A DNA stretch of 64,000 nt, from positions 2,741-66,740 of the forward strand of contig CAZNVY010000004.1 in the NCBI GenBank assembly GCA_964576605.1. Reading direction: 5' to 3'. The position numbers were made by a program, and so were the translations under genes. This stretch comes from an uncultured Elstera sp. GTDB lineage: Bacteria; Pseudomonadota; Alphaproteobacteria; Elsterales; Elsteraceae. Position 1 is the first letter of the stretch, and each line of letters opens with the position of its first letter. The notes beneath the pieces were generated by a model, which saw only the letters and a program-made list of their open reading frames with translations, was not told the origin of the DNA and searched no databases. Of the stretch, positions 46,517-56,644 are shown piece after piece.

Positions 46517-47415
46517 TGATGCCGCGCTTTACCATGGATGCCAATTGGCTGCCGTTTCATCCGAACCCCAGTAAGCCGGGCTTTCTTCTGCCACCGGGGG
46601 CGGTGGATGCCCATTGCCACGTGTTCGGGCCGGGAGAGGTGTTTCCTTACGCGCCGGAGCGAAAATATACCCCCTGCGATGCCCCGAAGGAAAAACTCTG
46701 GGCGCTGCGCGACCATCTTGGTTTCTCCCGAACCGTGATCGTGCAGGCCACCTGCCATGGGGCGGATAATAGCGCGATGGTCGATGCTGTGCGCGCGTCG
46801 CGCGGTCAGGCGAAGGGCATCGCCACTGTTCGGCACGATGTGAGCGATGCCGACCTAGCCGAATTGAATAGCGCTGGGGTGAAGGGGGTGCGGTTCAACT
46901 TCGTCAAACGGCTGGTGGATGTCACGCCGAAAGCGGTCTTGGCAGATATTGCGGCGCGCATCGCCCCCTTGGGCTGGCATGTGGTGATCTATTTCGAGGC
47001 GGCGGACCTGCCCGACCTTGCCGCGTTTATCGCCGCGCTGCCGACCGTGGTCGTGATCGACCATATGGGGCGGCCGGACCTAACCCAACCGCCGGATGGG
47101 CCGGGGTTTGCCCCGTTCCTATCCCTGATGGCGGATAATCCGCATGTGTGGTCGAAAGTGACCGGGGCCGAGCGCCTTAGCCAATCCGGCCCGCCGGACT
47201 ATGCCGATTTCGTTCCCTTCGCCCGCACGGTGGTGGAACGCTTTCCTGACCGCGTGCTCTGGGGCACCGATTGGCCGCATCCTAATCTGAAAACCCATAT
47301 GCCGGACGATGCACATCTGGTCGATCTGCTGCCAAAGATCGCGCCGACGCCGGCCTTGCAGCACAAACTGCTGGTGGACAATCCGCAGCGGCTTTATTGG
47401 CCGGAGGAGAGGTGA
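46516..47415 (+). CDS. ligI: 2-pyrone-4,6-dicarboxylate hydrolase
   Basis: DAHCHVFGP, VQATCHG.DN, GVRFNFVKRLVD, WGTDWPHPN. Confidence 0.93.
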   Translation: MMPRFTMDANWLPFHPNPSKPGFLLPPGAVDAHCHVFGPGEVFPYAPERKYTPCDAPKEKLWALRDHLGFSRTVIVQATCHGADNSAMVDAVRASRGQAKGIATVRHDVSDADLAELNSAGVKGVRFNFVKRLVDVTPKAVLADIAARIAPLGWHVVIYFEAADLPDLAAFIAALPTVVVIDHMGRPDLTQPPDGPGFAPFLSLMADNPHVWSKVTGAERLSQSGPPDYADFVPFARTVVERFPDRVLWGTDWPHPNLKTHMPDDAHLVDLLPKIAPTPALQHKLLVDNPQRLYWPEER

Positions 47416-47416
47416 G

Positions 47417-48647
<1,231 letters not shown>

Positions 48648-48665
48648 ACCGCTGAAGGAGCCATA

Positions 48666-49607
48666 ATGAAACTCGTTCTCGCCGGGCCGGGGGCCTTTGG
48701 CCAAAAACATCTCGATGCCCTGAAACGCATCGACGGGATAGAGGTTGCCGCCGTGGTCGGCCCGGAGATGGACGCAACCCGCGCGACGGCAGAAAAATAT
48801 GGCATTCCCCTGGCCTTGCCGACATTGGACGCAGCCCTGGCCTTGCCTGACGTGGTCGCGGCAATCCTAGCGACGCCAACGCCGATCCATGCGGCCCAGG
48901 CGCAGCAGTGTCTTGCGGCGGGTAAACATGTAATGGTGGAAATTCCGCTGGCCGATTCCTGGGCCGATGCGCAGGCGGTGGCTGACCTGCAAGCCAAGAC
49001 CGGGCTGGTTGCGATGGTTGGCCATACCCGGCGCTTCAACCCGTCGCACCAATGGGTGCATCAGAAGATTCTGGCGGGGGAACTAAGGTTACAGCAGCTC
49101 GATGTGCAGACGTATTTCTTCCGGCGTACTAATATGAATGCCCTGGGGCAACCGCGGTCCTGGACCGATCATCTCCTGTGGCACCATGCCGCCCATACGG
49201 TCGATCTCTTCCAATATCAGACGGGCGAAGCGGTGGTAGCGGCCAATGCCTTGCAAGGCCCTTATCACCCGACCTTGGGCATTGCGATGGATATGTCGAT
49301 CCAGATGAAAGCGGCGGGCGGCGCGCTGTGTACCCTGTCGCTGTCCTTCAACAACGACGGGCCGCTCGGCACCTTCTTTCGCTATATTTGCGATAATGGC
49401 ACTTACATCGCCCGCTATGACGATCTGATTTCGGGTAAGGACGAGAAAATCGACGTGTCCAAGGTCGATGTCTCGATGGATGGGATCGAACTTCAAGACC
49501 GCGAATTTATCGCGGCGATCCGCGACGGGCGGGAGCCGAACGCCAGCGTTGCCAAAGTGCTGCCCTGTTATGAGGTTTTGAACCGCTTAGAGCAAAGCTT
49601 GCAGTAA
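48666..49607 (+). CDS. ligC: 4-carboxy-2-hydroxymuconate-6-semialdehyde dehydrogenase
   Basis: GPGAFG, GHTRRFNPSHQ, RSWTDHLLWHHAAHTVD. Confidence 0.93.
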   Translation: MKLVLAGPGAFGQKHLDALKRIDGIEVAAVVGPEMDATRATAEKYGIPLALPTLDAALALPDVVAAILATPTPIHAAQAQQCLAAGKHVMVEIPLADSWADAQAVADLQAKTGLVAMVGHTRRFNPSHQWVHQKILAGELRLQQLDVQTYFFRRTNMNALGQPRSWTDHLLWHHAAHTVDLFQYQTGEAVVAANALQGPYHPTLGIAMDMSIQMKAAGGALCTLSLSFNNDGPLGTFFRYICDNGTYIARYDDLISGKDEKIDVSKVDVSMDGIELQDREFIAAIRDGREPNASVAKVLPCYEVLNRLEQSLQ

Positions 49608-49643
49608 TGCTCTGTTGCGCTATTCTAATGCTCAAAGGAGCAT
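49590..49643 (+). promoter_or_regulatory. Putative xre-res promoter with repeated operator motif
   Basis: TTGCAG-N16-TATTCT; TAATGCTC twice (49605, 49626); inverted GAGCA(T) at 49590 and 49638. Confidence 0.5.
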
Positions 49644-49647
49644 AAGC

Positions 49648-50124
49648 ATGGCGGGTGTCGCACTTCAACAGACTGACCGGCTGGCTTTAGGCACGGGCGG
49701 CTCTTTCGTTCGGCTTTATCGTGCGTCTCCGGCAGAACGGATTGCGGCGATCAAGGCCGGGGTTCCAGCCCAGGCCGCGAAACGCTTCATTGCCGATCTA
49801 CACCTCGGCCAGACCGTGGTTTTCGACGCGCTCAACCTGAAGACCGCCACTGTCAACAAGAAGGCGGCGCAGGGAAAGCCCTTATCGGTCGAGGAGAGTG
49901 AGCGGGTACTGGGCCTTGCTCGCTTGGTCGGTCAGCTCGAAGCAATGCTGGAGGAGACAGGGGGCGGGGAAGGTTTCGATGCGCGCGCTTGGCTCGCCCA
50001 ATGGCTCAGTGCCCCCTTGCCCGCTTTGGGAGGGGGGAGGCCGATCGAGCTTCTGGATACGATGGAGGGGCAAGGGCTGGTCGCCCGGATGCTGGCGCAG
50101 GTCCAAAGCGGGGCTTATGCGTGA
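49648..50124 (+). CDS. Antitoxin, Xre/MbcA/ParS family
   Basis: IKAGVPA, LSVEESERV, WLSAPLPALGGGRPIELLDT.EG..LV...L.....G. Confidence 0.88.
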   Translation: MAGVALQQTDRLALGTGGSFVRLYRASPAERIAAIKAGVPAQAAKRFIADLHLGQTVVFDALNLKTATVNKKAAQGKPLSVEESERVLGLARLVGQLEAMLEETGGGEGFDARAWLAQWLSAPLPALGGGRPIELLDTMEGQGLVARMLAQVQSGAYA

Positions 50125-50603
50125 CCCACACCCTGTGGCGGATCGCGACGGAGGCGAAAACCTATCCGGCCGCAGACCTGTCCGGCAAAGGGGCGGAGGC
50201 ATCGGGCGGGCGGTGGAATGCCCCCGGTATTCCGATGGTCTATACCTCCGAAAGCCGGGCGCTGGCGTGCCTTGAAACCCTGGTTCATCTGAACGCCGGG
50301 GGCCTACCCTTCAACCGCTATTTGGTGGAGATTTCCGTCCCCGATGCCGTTTGGAAGGCCGCCGAGCGCCTCGACGCCCAACGTTCGGTTGGATGGGATG
50401 CGGAACCGGCAGGGCAAGCCAGTATCGGTTTTGGAACCGACTGGGCGCGTCAGCGACGCTCGGCGCTGCTGCTGGTGCCCTCGACCATCGTTCCGGAAGA
50501 ATATAACGGACTAATCAACCCAGCCCATGCCGATGCTGCGCTGATAACCGCCCGGCCCTTGCGCAAATGGCACTATGATCCGCGCTTGGTTTTAAGACGT
50601 TAG
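50121..50603 (+). CDS. RES-domain toxin
   Basis: LWRI, LSGKGAEASGGRWN, VYTSES.ALA.LE.LVH, VPSTIVPEEYN.LINP.H; GTGA overlap with the antitoxin. Confidence 0.9.
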   Translation: MTHTLWRIATEAKTYPAADLSGKGAEASGGRWNAPGIPMVYTSESRALACLETLVHLNAGGLPFNRYLVEISVPDAVWKAAERLDAQRSVGWDAEPAGQASIGFGTDWARQRRSALLLVPSTIVPEEYNGLINPAHADAALITARPLRKWHYDPRLVLRR

Positions 50604-50612
50604 GAAGAAGCG

Positions 50613-51596
50613 ATGCAGCAGCGTTCCCTTGGTCCCTTCACCGTCTCGGCTATCGGCCTTGGCTGTATGAACGTCAGCCACGCCTATGGGGTGCCGCCGG
50701 AGCGGGAAGCGGCGGAAGCGCTGTTGCGGCAGGCATTCGACGAGGGCGTAACGCATTTCGACACGGCGGCGCTTTATGGCTTCGGGAAGAATGAGGAAGT
50801 GGTGGGCGCGGCGCTCAAGCCGGTGCGCGACAAGATCATCCTGGCCAGCAAATGCGGCATGACCGGCGTTGACGGGAGGCGCGTTATCGACGGGCGGCCT
50901 GAAACCTTGAAAGCCACCTGCGACGCCTCGCTTAAGCGGCTGCAAACCGAGGTGATCGATCTTTACACGCTGCACCGCTGGGATAAGCAGGTACCCATCG
51001 AAGAAAGCGTCGGCGCGCTGGCCGATCTGGTCCGCACCGGGAAAATCCGCGCTATCGGCTTGTCGGAAGTCTCCTCTCAAACCTTGCGCCGCGCCCATGC
51101 CGTGCATCCGATTGCCGCCGTGCAAAGCGAATATTCGCTGTGGACGCGCGACCCGGAGCCGCGACTGCTGGCGACCTGCGCCGAGCTGGGCACGGCCTTC
51201 GTTGCCTTTTCCCCGGTCGGGCGCGGCATTCTGGCGGGCGGAATTGCGCCGCAGCCGCAGTTCGCGCCGGGGGATATTCGCCTGACCATGCCGCGCTTCG
51301 CCGAGCCTCATCTTGCGGCAAATCTCGTGCAGGCCGAACGCTTTGCCGCGCTGGTCCGCGCCTGGGGCTATTCCCCGGCGCAGGCCGCCCTGGCGTGGCT
51401 TCTCGCCAAAGGCCCGCATATTCTGCCGATTCCCGGCACGGCCAAGCCCGCGCATCTGACGGAAAACAATAGCGCCGCAGCGATTACCTTAACCGCCGCT
51501 CAGGTTGCCGCCCTCGACGCGCTCTACGCCCCGGAAACCGTGCAAGGGCCGCGCTATGCCCCGGCGGTCATGGCGGAAATCGACCCAGACATCTGA
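50613..51596 (+). CDS. Aldo/keto reductase
   Basis: GLGCM, FDTAALYG, DLYTLHR, GLSE, QSEYSLW, PIPGT. Confidence 0.92.
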   Translation: MQQRSLGPFTVSAIGLGCMNVSHAYGVPPEREAAEALLRQAFDEGVTHFDTAALYGFGKNEEVVGAALKPVRDKIILASKCGMTGVDGRRVIDGRPETLKATCDASLKRLQTEVIDLYTLHRWDKQVPIEESVGALADLVRTGKIRAIGLSEVSSQTLRRAHAVHPIAAVQSEYSLWTRDPEPRLLATCAELGTAFVAFSPVGRGILAGGIAPQPQFAPGDIRLTMPRFAEPHLAANLVQAERFAALVRAWGYSPAQAALAWLLAKGPHILPIPGTAKPAHLTENNSAAAITLTAAQVAALDALYAPETVQGPRYAPAVMAEIDPDI

Positions 51597-52270
51597 TCGG
51601 CTTTCACAAACCGCAGCACCGCCTCGATGACGCTCGCCCGGCGCCGCTGGCGGGCGGCGGGGGCACCCATATCATGGCCGAACACCTGTTCGATCGTGGC
51701 GCGGTTCGACACATTGTAAAAACTAAGGGCGCTGATCGTCAGGTGAATATCAAGCGGATCGACCCCAGAGCGAAAATCGCCGCTTAGAACCCCGCGGGCA
51801 TAAACATCGGCGATCATCTGAATAGCCGATAGGTTAATTTCACCGATTTTCGACAGAACTTTCAGGTGGCGGGCGTGGTGGATATTTTCGGTCATCACTA
51901 GGCGCACAAAGTCCGTATTATCGGCATGATAATCGAAGGTGAAGCCGGTTAGCGCCGTTAGGGCGGCAACCGGCGGCAGGGCGGCAAGATCGAGGGTGCG
52001 TTCGAGGGCGCGAATGCGGCTATACGCCTCCTCCAATACCGCCAGATACAGGCCTTCCTTATCCTTGAAGTAATAATAGATCATCCGCTTGGCCGTAGAG
52101 GTGCGGGCGGCGATTTCATCAACCCGTGCGCCGCTTAGGCCCTTTTCCACGAATTCTGCCCGTGCGACGGCCAGGATCTCCCGCTTCACGCCTTCTGGGT
52201 CTTGTGTCCAAGTTTGCGGGCGTTTGGGCGCTTTGGCAGGGGGGGGGGCTTTGGCGGCGGCGGTCAGCAT
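51554..52270 (-). CDS. TetR-family regulator
   Basis: ILAVARAEFVEKGLSGARVDEIA....KRMIYYYF.DKEGLY; GGAGG RBS. Confidence 0.9.
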   Translation of the reverse strand: MLTAAAKAPPPAKAPKRPQTWTQDPEGVKREILAVARAEFVEKGLSGARVDEIAARTSTAKRMIYYYFKDKEGLYLAVLEEAYSRIRALERTLDLAALPPVAALTALTGFTFDYHADNTDFVRLVMTENIHHARHLKVLSKIGEINLSAIQMIADVYARGVLSGDFRSGVDPLDIHLTISALSFYNVSNRATIEQVFGHDMGAPAARQRRRASVIEAVLRFVKADQMSGSISAMTAGA

Positions 52271-52348
52271 CGGGGTCCTCCTTCGTTGAAACCATAGCAT
52301 CGGCGGTCGCTGGGTAAATGAACTATCTCGATAATTTTGCGATTGACC

Positions 52349-52370
52349 AATTGGACGATCTGGTCCAATT
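52349..52370. promoter_or_regulatory. Candidate TetR operator in the TRAP operon promoter
   Basis: AATTGGAC-N6-GTCCAATT perfect inverted repeat, directly after TTGACC (52343-52348). Confidence 0.7.
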
Positions 52371-52456
52371 TTGTAGGGCAGGCTGTGGCGATTACAGCGC
52401 CACCCCTGCCCAATCAAGCAGAATAACCCCATTCAGCGGGGACCGGAGGAAACGCG

Positions 52457-52966
52457 ATGCGTATTTGGGTGGAGCGGTATTTTGCCGCTCTCAGGCTCCT
52501 CATCGGCCTGCTGATGGCCGGGATGGTGATGCTGGTTTTCGGCAATGTGGTGATGCGCTACGTCTTCAACGCCGGAATCACGGTGTCTGAAGAACTATCG
52601 CGCTGGTTTTTCGTCTGGATGGTTTTCCTGGGGGCGCTGATCGGGCTGCGCGAGCGGGCGCATCTGGGGTTGGATAATCTCGTGCGGGCGCTACCGCCGC
52701 AGGGACGTCGCCTGGCCTTCATCCTAAGCCATGGGTTAATGTTGCTTGCCTGTGGGTTGCTGGTGCAGGGAAGCTGGATACAGACCAAGATCAATCTGGC
52801 GGTTCCCGCCTCGGCGACCGGACTATCGGTTGGGTTATTCTATGGTATTGGGGTGATCTTCGGCCTTTCGGCAGTGCCGATTGTGGGGCACGAGCTGCTC
52901 CGCGCGCTTTTAGGCCGCATGACGCCGGAGGAGTATATCGGCGTCCGCGAGTCTGAAGAGCACTAG
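52457..52966 (+). CDS. dctQ: TRAP transporter small permease
   Basis: NVVMRYVFN, SEELSRW.FVW..FLGA, 4 TM. Confidence 0.9.
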   Translation: MRIWVERYFAALRLLIGLLMAGMVMLVFGNVVMRYVFNAGITVSEELSRWFFVWMVFLGALIGLRERAHLGLDNLVRALPPQGRRLAFILSHGLMLLACGLLVQGSWIQTKINLAVPASATGLSVGLFYGIGVIFGLSAVPIVGHELLRALLGRMTPEEYIGVRESEEH

Positions 52967-52978
52967 GGCGCGACGGCT

Positions 52979-54259
52979 ATGACGATTGTCATTTTTGTCG
53001 CTTCGCTGCTGGGAACCATGGCGCTTGGAATGCCCATCGCCTTTGCCCTGCTGCTCTGCGGTGTGGCGCTGATGCTGCATATCGGTCTGTTCGACAGCCA
53101 GATCATCGCCCAAAACCTTATTAATGGGGCCGATAGTTTTCCGCTGCTGGCCGTGCCGTTCTTTATGCTCGCGGGGGAGGTCATGAATGCCGGGGGGCTG
53201 GCCCGCCGCATTGTGTCCGTAGCGCTGACCCTGGTGGGGCACGTGCGCGGCGGGCTTGGGTATGTGGCGATTTTGGCCTCCTGCTTGCTGGCTTCGCTTT
53301 CAGGGTCGGCGGTGGCGGATGCGGCCGCTTTGGCGGCGCTGCTGGTGCCGATGATGGTGAAAGCGGGCCATAGCCGCGCCCATGCGGCGGGGCTGGTGGC
53401 GGCGGGCGGCATTATCGCCCCGGTCATTCCGCCCTCGATCGGCTTTGTGATCTTCGGCGTCGCGGCGGGGGTTTCGATCTCTAAACTTTTCCTCGCTGGG
53501 ATCGTACCGGGGCTGATGCTGGGGGCGGGGTTGGCGGTAGCCTGGTGGTGGGTCACCCGGCACGATGGCCCGGCCCAACAAACCCGCGCACCGCTGCGGG
53601 CGGTCGGCAAGGCGCTACTGGATGGGTTTTGGGCGCTGATGCTGCCGGTTATCATCATCGTCGGATTGCGCTTTGGTATTTTCACCCCAACGGAAGCGGC
53701 GGTGGTGGTCGCGGTCTATGCGCTGATTGTGTCGACCTGTATTTACCGAGAATTATCGTTCCGCGATCTGCCGCGGCTGTTCGTATCGGCAGCTTTGACC
53801 ACCTCGGTGGTCATGTTCCTGGTCGCGGCGGCGCTGGTGGTCTCGTGGTTAATAACCGTGGCCGAAATCTCGCACGAGATTGTGGATCTGGTGCAGCCGC
53901 TAATCGAACATCAGACCCTGCTGCTGATTGCGATCATGCTGCTGGTGGTGGTGGTCGGCACCGCGCTCGATATGACCCCGACGATCCTCATTCTGACCCC
54001 AGTACTGATGCCAATCATCAAAGCCGCCGGGATTGATCCCGTCTATTTCGGGGTTCTCTTCATCATCAACAACGCAATTGGCCTGATAACGCCCCCAGTG
54101 GGGACGGTTCTCAACGTCGTGTGCGGGGTATCAAAAATCAGTATGGGCGAGATCATCCGCGGGGTGACGCCCTTCATGATCGCGCAACTGGTCGTTTTGT
54201 TCCTGCTCGTCCTGTTCCCGGTTCTGGTTACGGGACCGGCGCGCTGGTTCGCTGGATAA
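52979..54259 (+). CDS. dctM: TRAP transporter large permease
   Basis: LLAVPFF.LAG..M, SGSAVAD, IPPSI, FTPTEA, TPPVG. Confidence 0.93.
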   Translation: MTIVIFVASLLGTMALGMPIAFALLLCGVALMLHIGLFDSQIIAQNLINGADSFPLLAVPFFMLAGEVMNAGGLARRIVSVALTLVGHVRGGLGYVAILASCLLASLSGSAVADAAALAALLVPMMVKAGHSRAHAAGLVAAGGIIAPVIPPSIGFVIFGVAAGVSISKLFLAGIVPGLMLGAGLAVAWWWVTRHDGPAQQTRAPLRAVGKALLDGFWALMLPVIIIVGLRFGIFTPTEAAVVVAVYALIVSTCIYRELSFRDLPRLFVSAALTTSVVMFLVAAALVVSWLITVAEISHEIVDLVQPLIEHQTLLLIAIMLLVVVVGTALDMTPTILILTPVLMPIIKAAGIDPVYFGVLFIINNAIGLITPPVGTVLNVVCGVSKISMGEIIRGVTPFMIAQLVVLFLLVLFPVLVTGPARWFAG

Positions 54260-54294
54260 GTGCCTACCCATAAAAACCCTTAGGAGGAAACGTG

Positions 54295-55293
54295 ATGACC
54301 CTTTTCAAAACGAGTTTTCTCGCGATCGCCGGGCTGTTGGTTAGCCAAACGGCCTTGGCGCAGATCTCCGAACGCACGCTGCGGTTCGCCTATCAGAATG
54401 TTGCCGAACATCCACAAGGGCGGGGTGTCGCCAAATTCGCCGAACTCGCGAAGGAAAAATCCGGCGGTAAGTTTAATGTCCGGGGTTTTCCCGGCGGGCA
54501 GCTTGGCGGCGATTTACAGACCGTCTCGGCCCTGCAAGGCGGCACAATCGATATGACGGTGCTGAATGCCGGACTATTGGTTGGCCTGGATAAGCGCTTT
54601 GCGGTGCTGGATTTCCCCTTCCTGTTCGCGACCCCGACAGAAGCCGACGCCATCGTCGACGGGCCGATTGGCAGCAAGCTGCACGCGGGTCTGGCCGATA
54701 AAGGCTTGATCGGCCTGGGGTATTGGGAACTTGGCTTCCGGAATGTCACGAATTCCAAACGCCCGATCACCAAGATCGAAGACTTTAAGGGCCTGAAGCT
54801 GCGCGTGCTGCAATCGCCGTTGTTCATCGACTTGTTTAACGCCTTGGGCGCGAATTCTGTACCGCTGCCGTTCCCGGAACTGTACTCGGCCTTGGAACAG
54901 AAAGTGGTGGATGGTCAGGAAAACCCGGTTACGACCATTCTGGGGGCGAAATTCAATGAAGTGCAGAAATATGTTTCGGAAACGCGGCATATCTACAATG
55001 CCCAATCGGTGCTGATCTCGAAAAAGACTTGGGATGCGTTATCGGGTGATGAAAAGAAGATCATTGCCGATGCGATCCGGGAAGCGACGGCCTACCAGCG
55101 GGAAACCTCGCGCGCCGCGATGGATTCGGCGCTGGCCAGCCTGAAGGCGGCGGGGATGGAGCATAACAGCCTATCGTCGGCGGAACTGAACCGTATCCGC
55201 GAGGCGGTAAAGCCGGTGCTGACGAAATTCGGCCAGGAAGCCGGGGCCGATTTTGTTGCCGACGTGAATGCCGAACTCGCCAAACTGCGTTAA
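54295..55293 (+). CDS. dctP: TRAP transporter substrate-binding protein
   Basis: Signal peptide, GFRNVTN, GLKLRV, VDGQENP. Confidence 0.92.
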   Translation: MTLFKTSFLAIAGLLVSQTALAQISERTLRFAYQNVAEHPQGRGVAKFAELAKEKSGGKFNVRGFPGGQLGGDLQTVSALQGGTIDMTVLNAGLLVGLDKRFAVLDFPFLFATPTEADAIVDGPIGSKLHAGLADKGLIGLGYWELGFRNVTNSKRPITKIEDFKGLKLRVLQSPLFIDLFNALGANSVPLPFPELYSALEQKVVDGQENPVTTILGAKFNEVQKYVSETRHIYNAQSVLISKKTWDALSGDEKKIIADAIREATAYQRETSRAAMDSALASLKAAGMEHNSLSSAELNRIREAVKPVLTKFGQEAGADFVADVNAELAKLR

Positions 55294-55348
55294 CCCTTGA
55301 TGGTGCGGCGGGCGGCCCTGGGGCCGTCCGCTGTGCGGGAGCCTGACC

Positions 55349-55798
55349 GTGTCGCCCTGCGTTTTCATTTTGAACGGGCCAAATCTGAACCTGCTCGGCA
55401 AACGCCAGCCCCATATCTATGGGCACGAGACTCTGGCAGATGTGGCGGCCGCCTGCCGCGAAACGGCGGAAGATCTTGGTCTTGCCCTAAGGTTTCATCA
55501 ATCGAACCGTGAATATGAGCTGATCGACTGGATCCACGACGCGCGGGACGGTGCCGCCGGGATCATCATCAACCCCGGTGCCTTTACCCATACGTCGGTC
55601 GCTATCCTGGATGCGCTGAATGCTTTCGATGGGCCGGTGATCGAGGTGCATATCTCTAACATCCATAAGCGCGAGAGCTTCCGGCATCATTCCTATGTGT
55701 CGCTGCGGGCCGATGGGATTATCGCCGGGCTGGGGACCCAAGGCTATCCGCTGGCCCTGCAGCGGGTGGCCCGATTGATCGCCGAGGCGACGGCATGA
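55349..55798 (+). CDS. aroQ: Type II 3-dehydroquinate dehydratase
   Basis: [43 protein letters not shown]. Confidence 0.95.
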   Translation: MSPCVFILNGPNLNLLGKRQPHIYGHETLADVAAACRETAEDLGLALRFHQSNREYELIDWIHDARDGAAGIIINPGAFTHTSVAILDALNAFDGPVIEVHISNIHKRESFRHHSYVSLRADGIIAGLGTQGYPLALQRVARLIAEATA

Positions 55799-56634
55799 GG
55801 ATCGACGGGCACACGCGGCTGATCGCCCATATCGGCTTTCCGACGCATAGTTTCAAAGCCCCCTTGATTTATAATCCCTATTTCGCCGCCGCCGGGATCA
55901 ATGCCGTTGTCGTGCCGATGGGGGTGCCGCGCGATGATTTCGCCGCTGCCTTTTCCGCCATTACCCGAATCAGCAATTTCCACGGTGCCTTGATAACCAT
56001 GCCGCATAAGGTGGCCATCGTGCCGATGCTCGATCGGGTATCGACCGCGGTGAAGATCGCCGGGGCGTGCAATGCCGTGCGACGCGCCCCAGATGGGGCT
56101 TTGGTAGGCGATATGTTTGATGGCGAAGGGTTTGCGCGCGGCGTGCTGCGCAAGGGGCGAACGATTGCGGGGGCGTCGGCGCTGATTGTTGGGGCGGGCG
56201 GGGTCGGCTCGGCCATTGCGTCGGCGCTCGCCGCGCATGGGCTGGCGCGCTTACGTCTGCATGATACGGATACGGCGGCAGCGGCGGGGCTGGCGGCCCG
56301 GCTGGTTGGACATTTTCCGGGGTTATCCGTCGAAGTGGGCGTGCCGGACCCAGAGGGGGTTGATCTGGCGATCAACGCGACACCACTGGGTATGAGCGAG
56401 GGCGACCCACTGCCCTTGCCCGTGGCACGGATTGCCCCCGATACGCTGGTTGGCGAAGTGGTGATGCGGGCGCAGATCACGCCGTTCCTGCGCGCCGCCG
56501 CGGCGCGCGGCTGCCCGGTGCAGGTGGGCAGCGATATGCTGTTCGAGCAGATCCCCGCCTATCTGGAGTTTTTCGGCTTTCCGGCGACCAGCGCCGAGCA
56601 TTTGCGCCATCTGGCGCAGTTTACCGATGAATAG
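55795..56634 (+). CDS. Shikimate/quinate dehydrogenase family protein (divergent)
   Basis: ITMPHK, GACN, GAGGVG, INATPLG, G.DML.EQ. Confidence 0.88.
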   Translation: MRIDGHTRLIAHIGFPTHSFKAPLIYNPYFAAAGINAVVVPMGVPRDDFAAAFSAITRISNFHGALITMPHKVAIVPMLDRVSTAVKIAGACNAVRRAPDGALVGDMFDGEGFARGVLRKGRTIAGASALIVGAGGVGSAIASALAAHGLARLRLHDTDTAAAAGLAARLVGHFPGLSVEVGVPDPEGVDLAINATPLGMSEGDPLPLPVARIAPDTLVGEVVMRAQITPFLRAAAARGCPVQVGSDMLFEQIPAYLEFFGFPATSAEHLRHLAQFTDE

Positions 56635-56644
56635 GGGATGCAGC

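Noticed and set aside
50613..51596. Aldo/keto reductase as the missing sugar dehydrogenase of the 37-41 kb operon
   Set aside because: It lies 9 kb away in another unit and has no nearby TAACATGTTA site.
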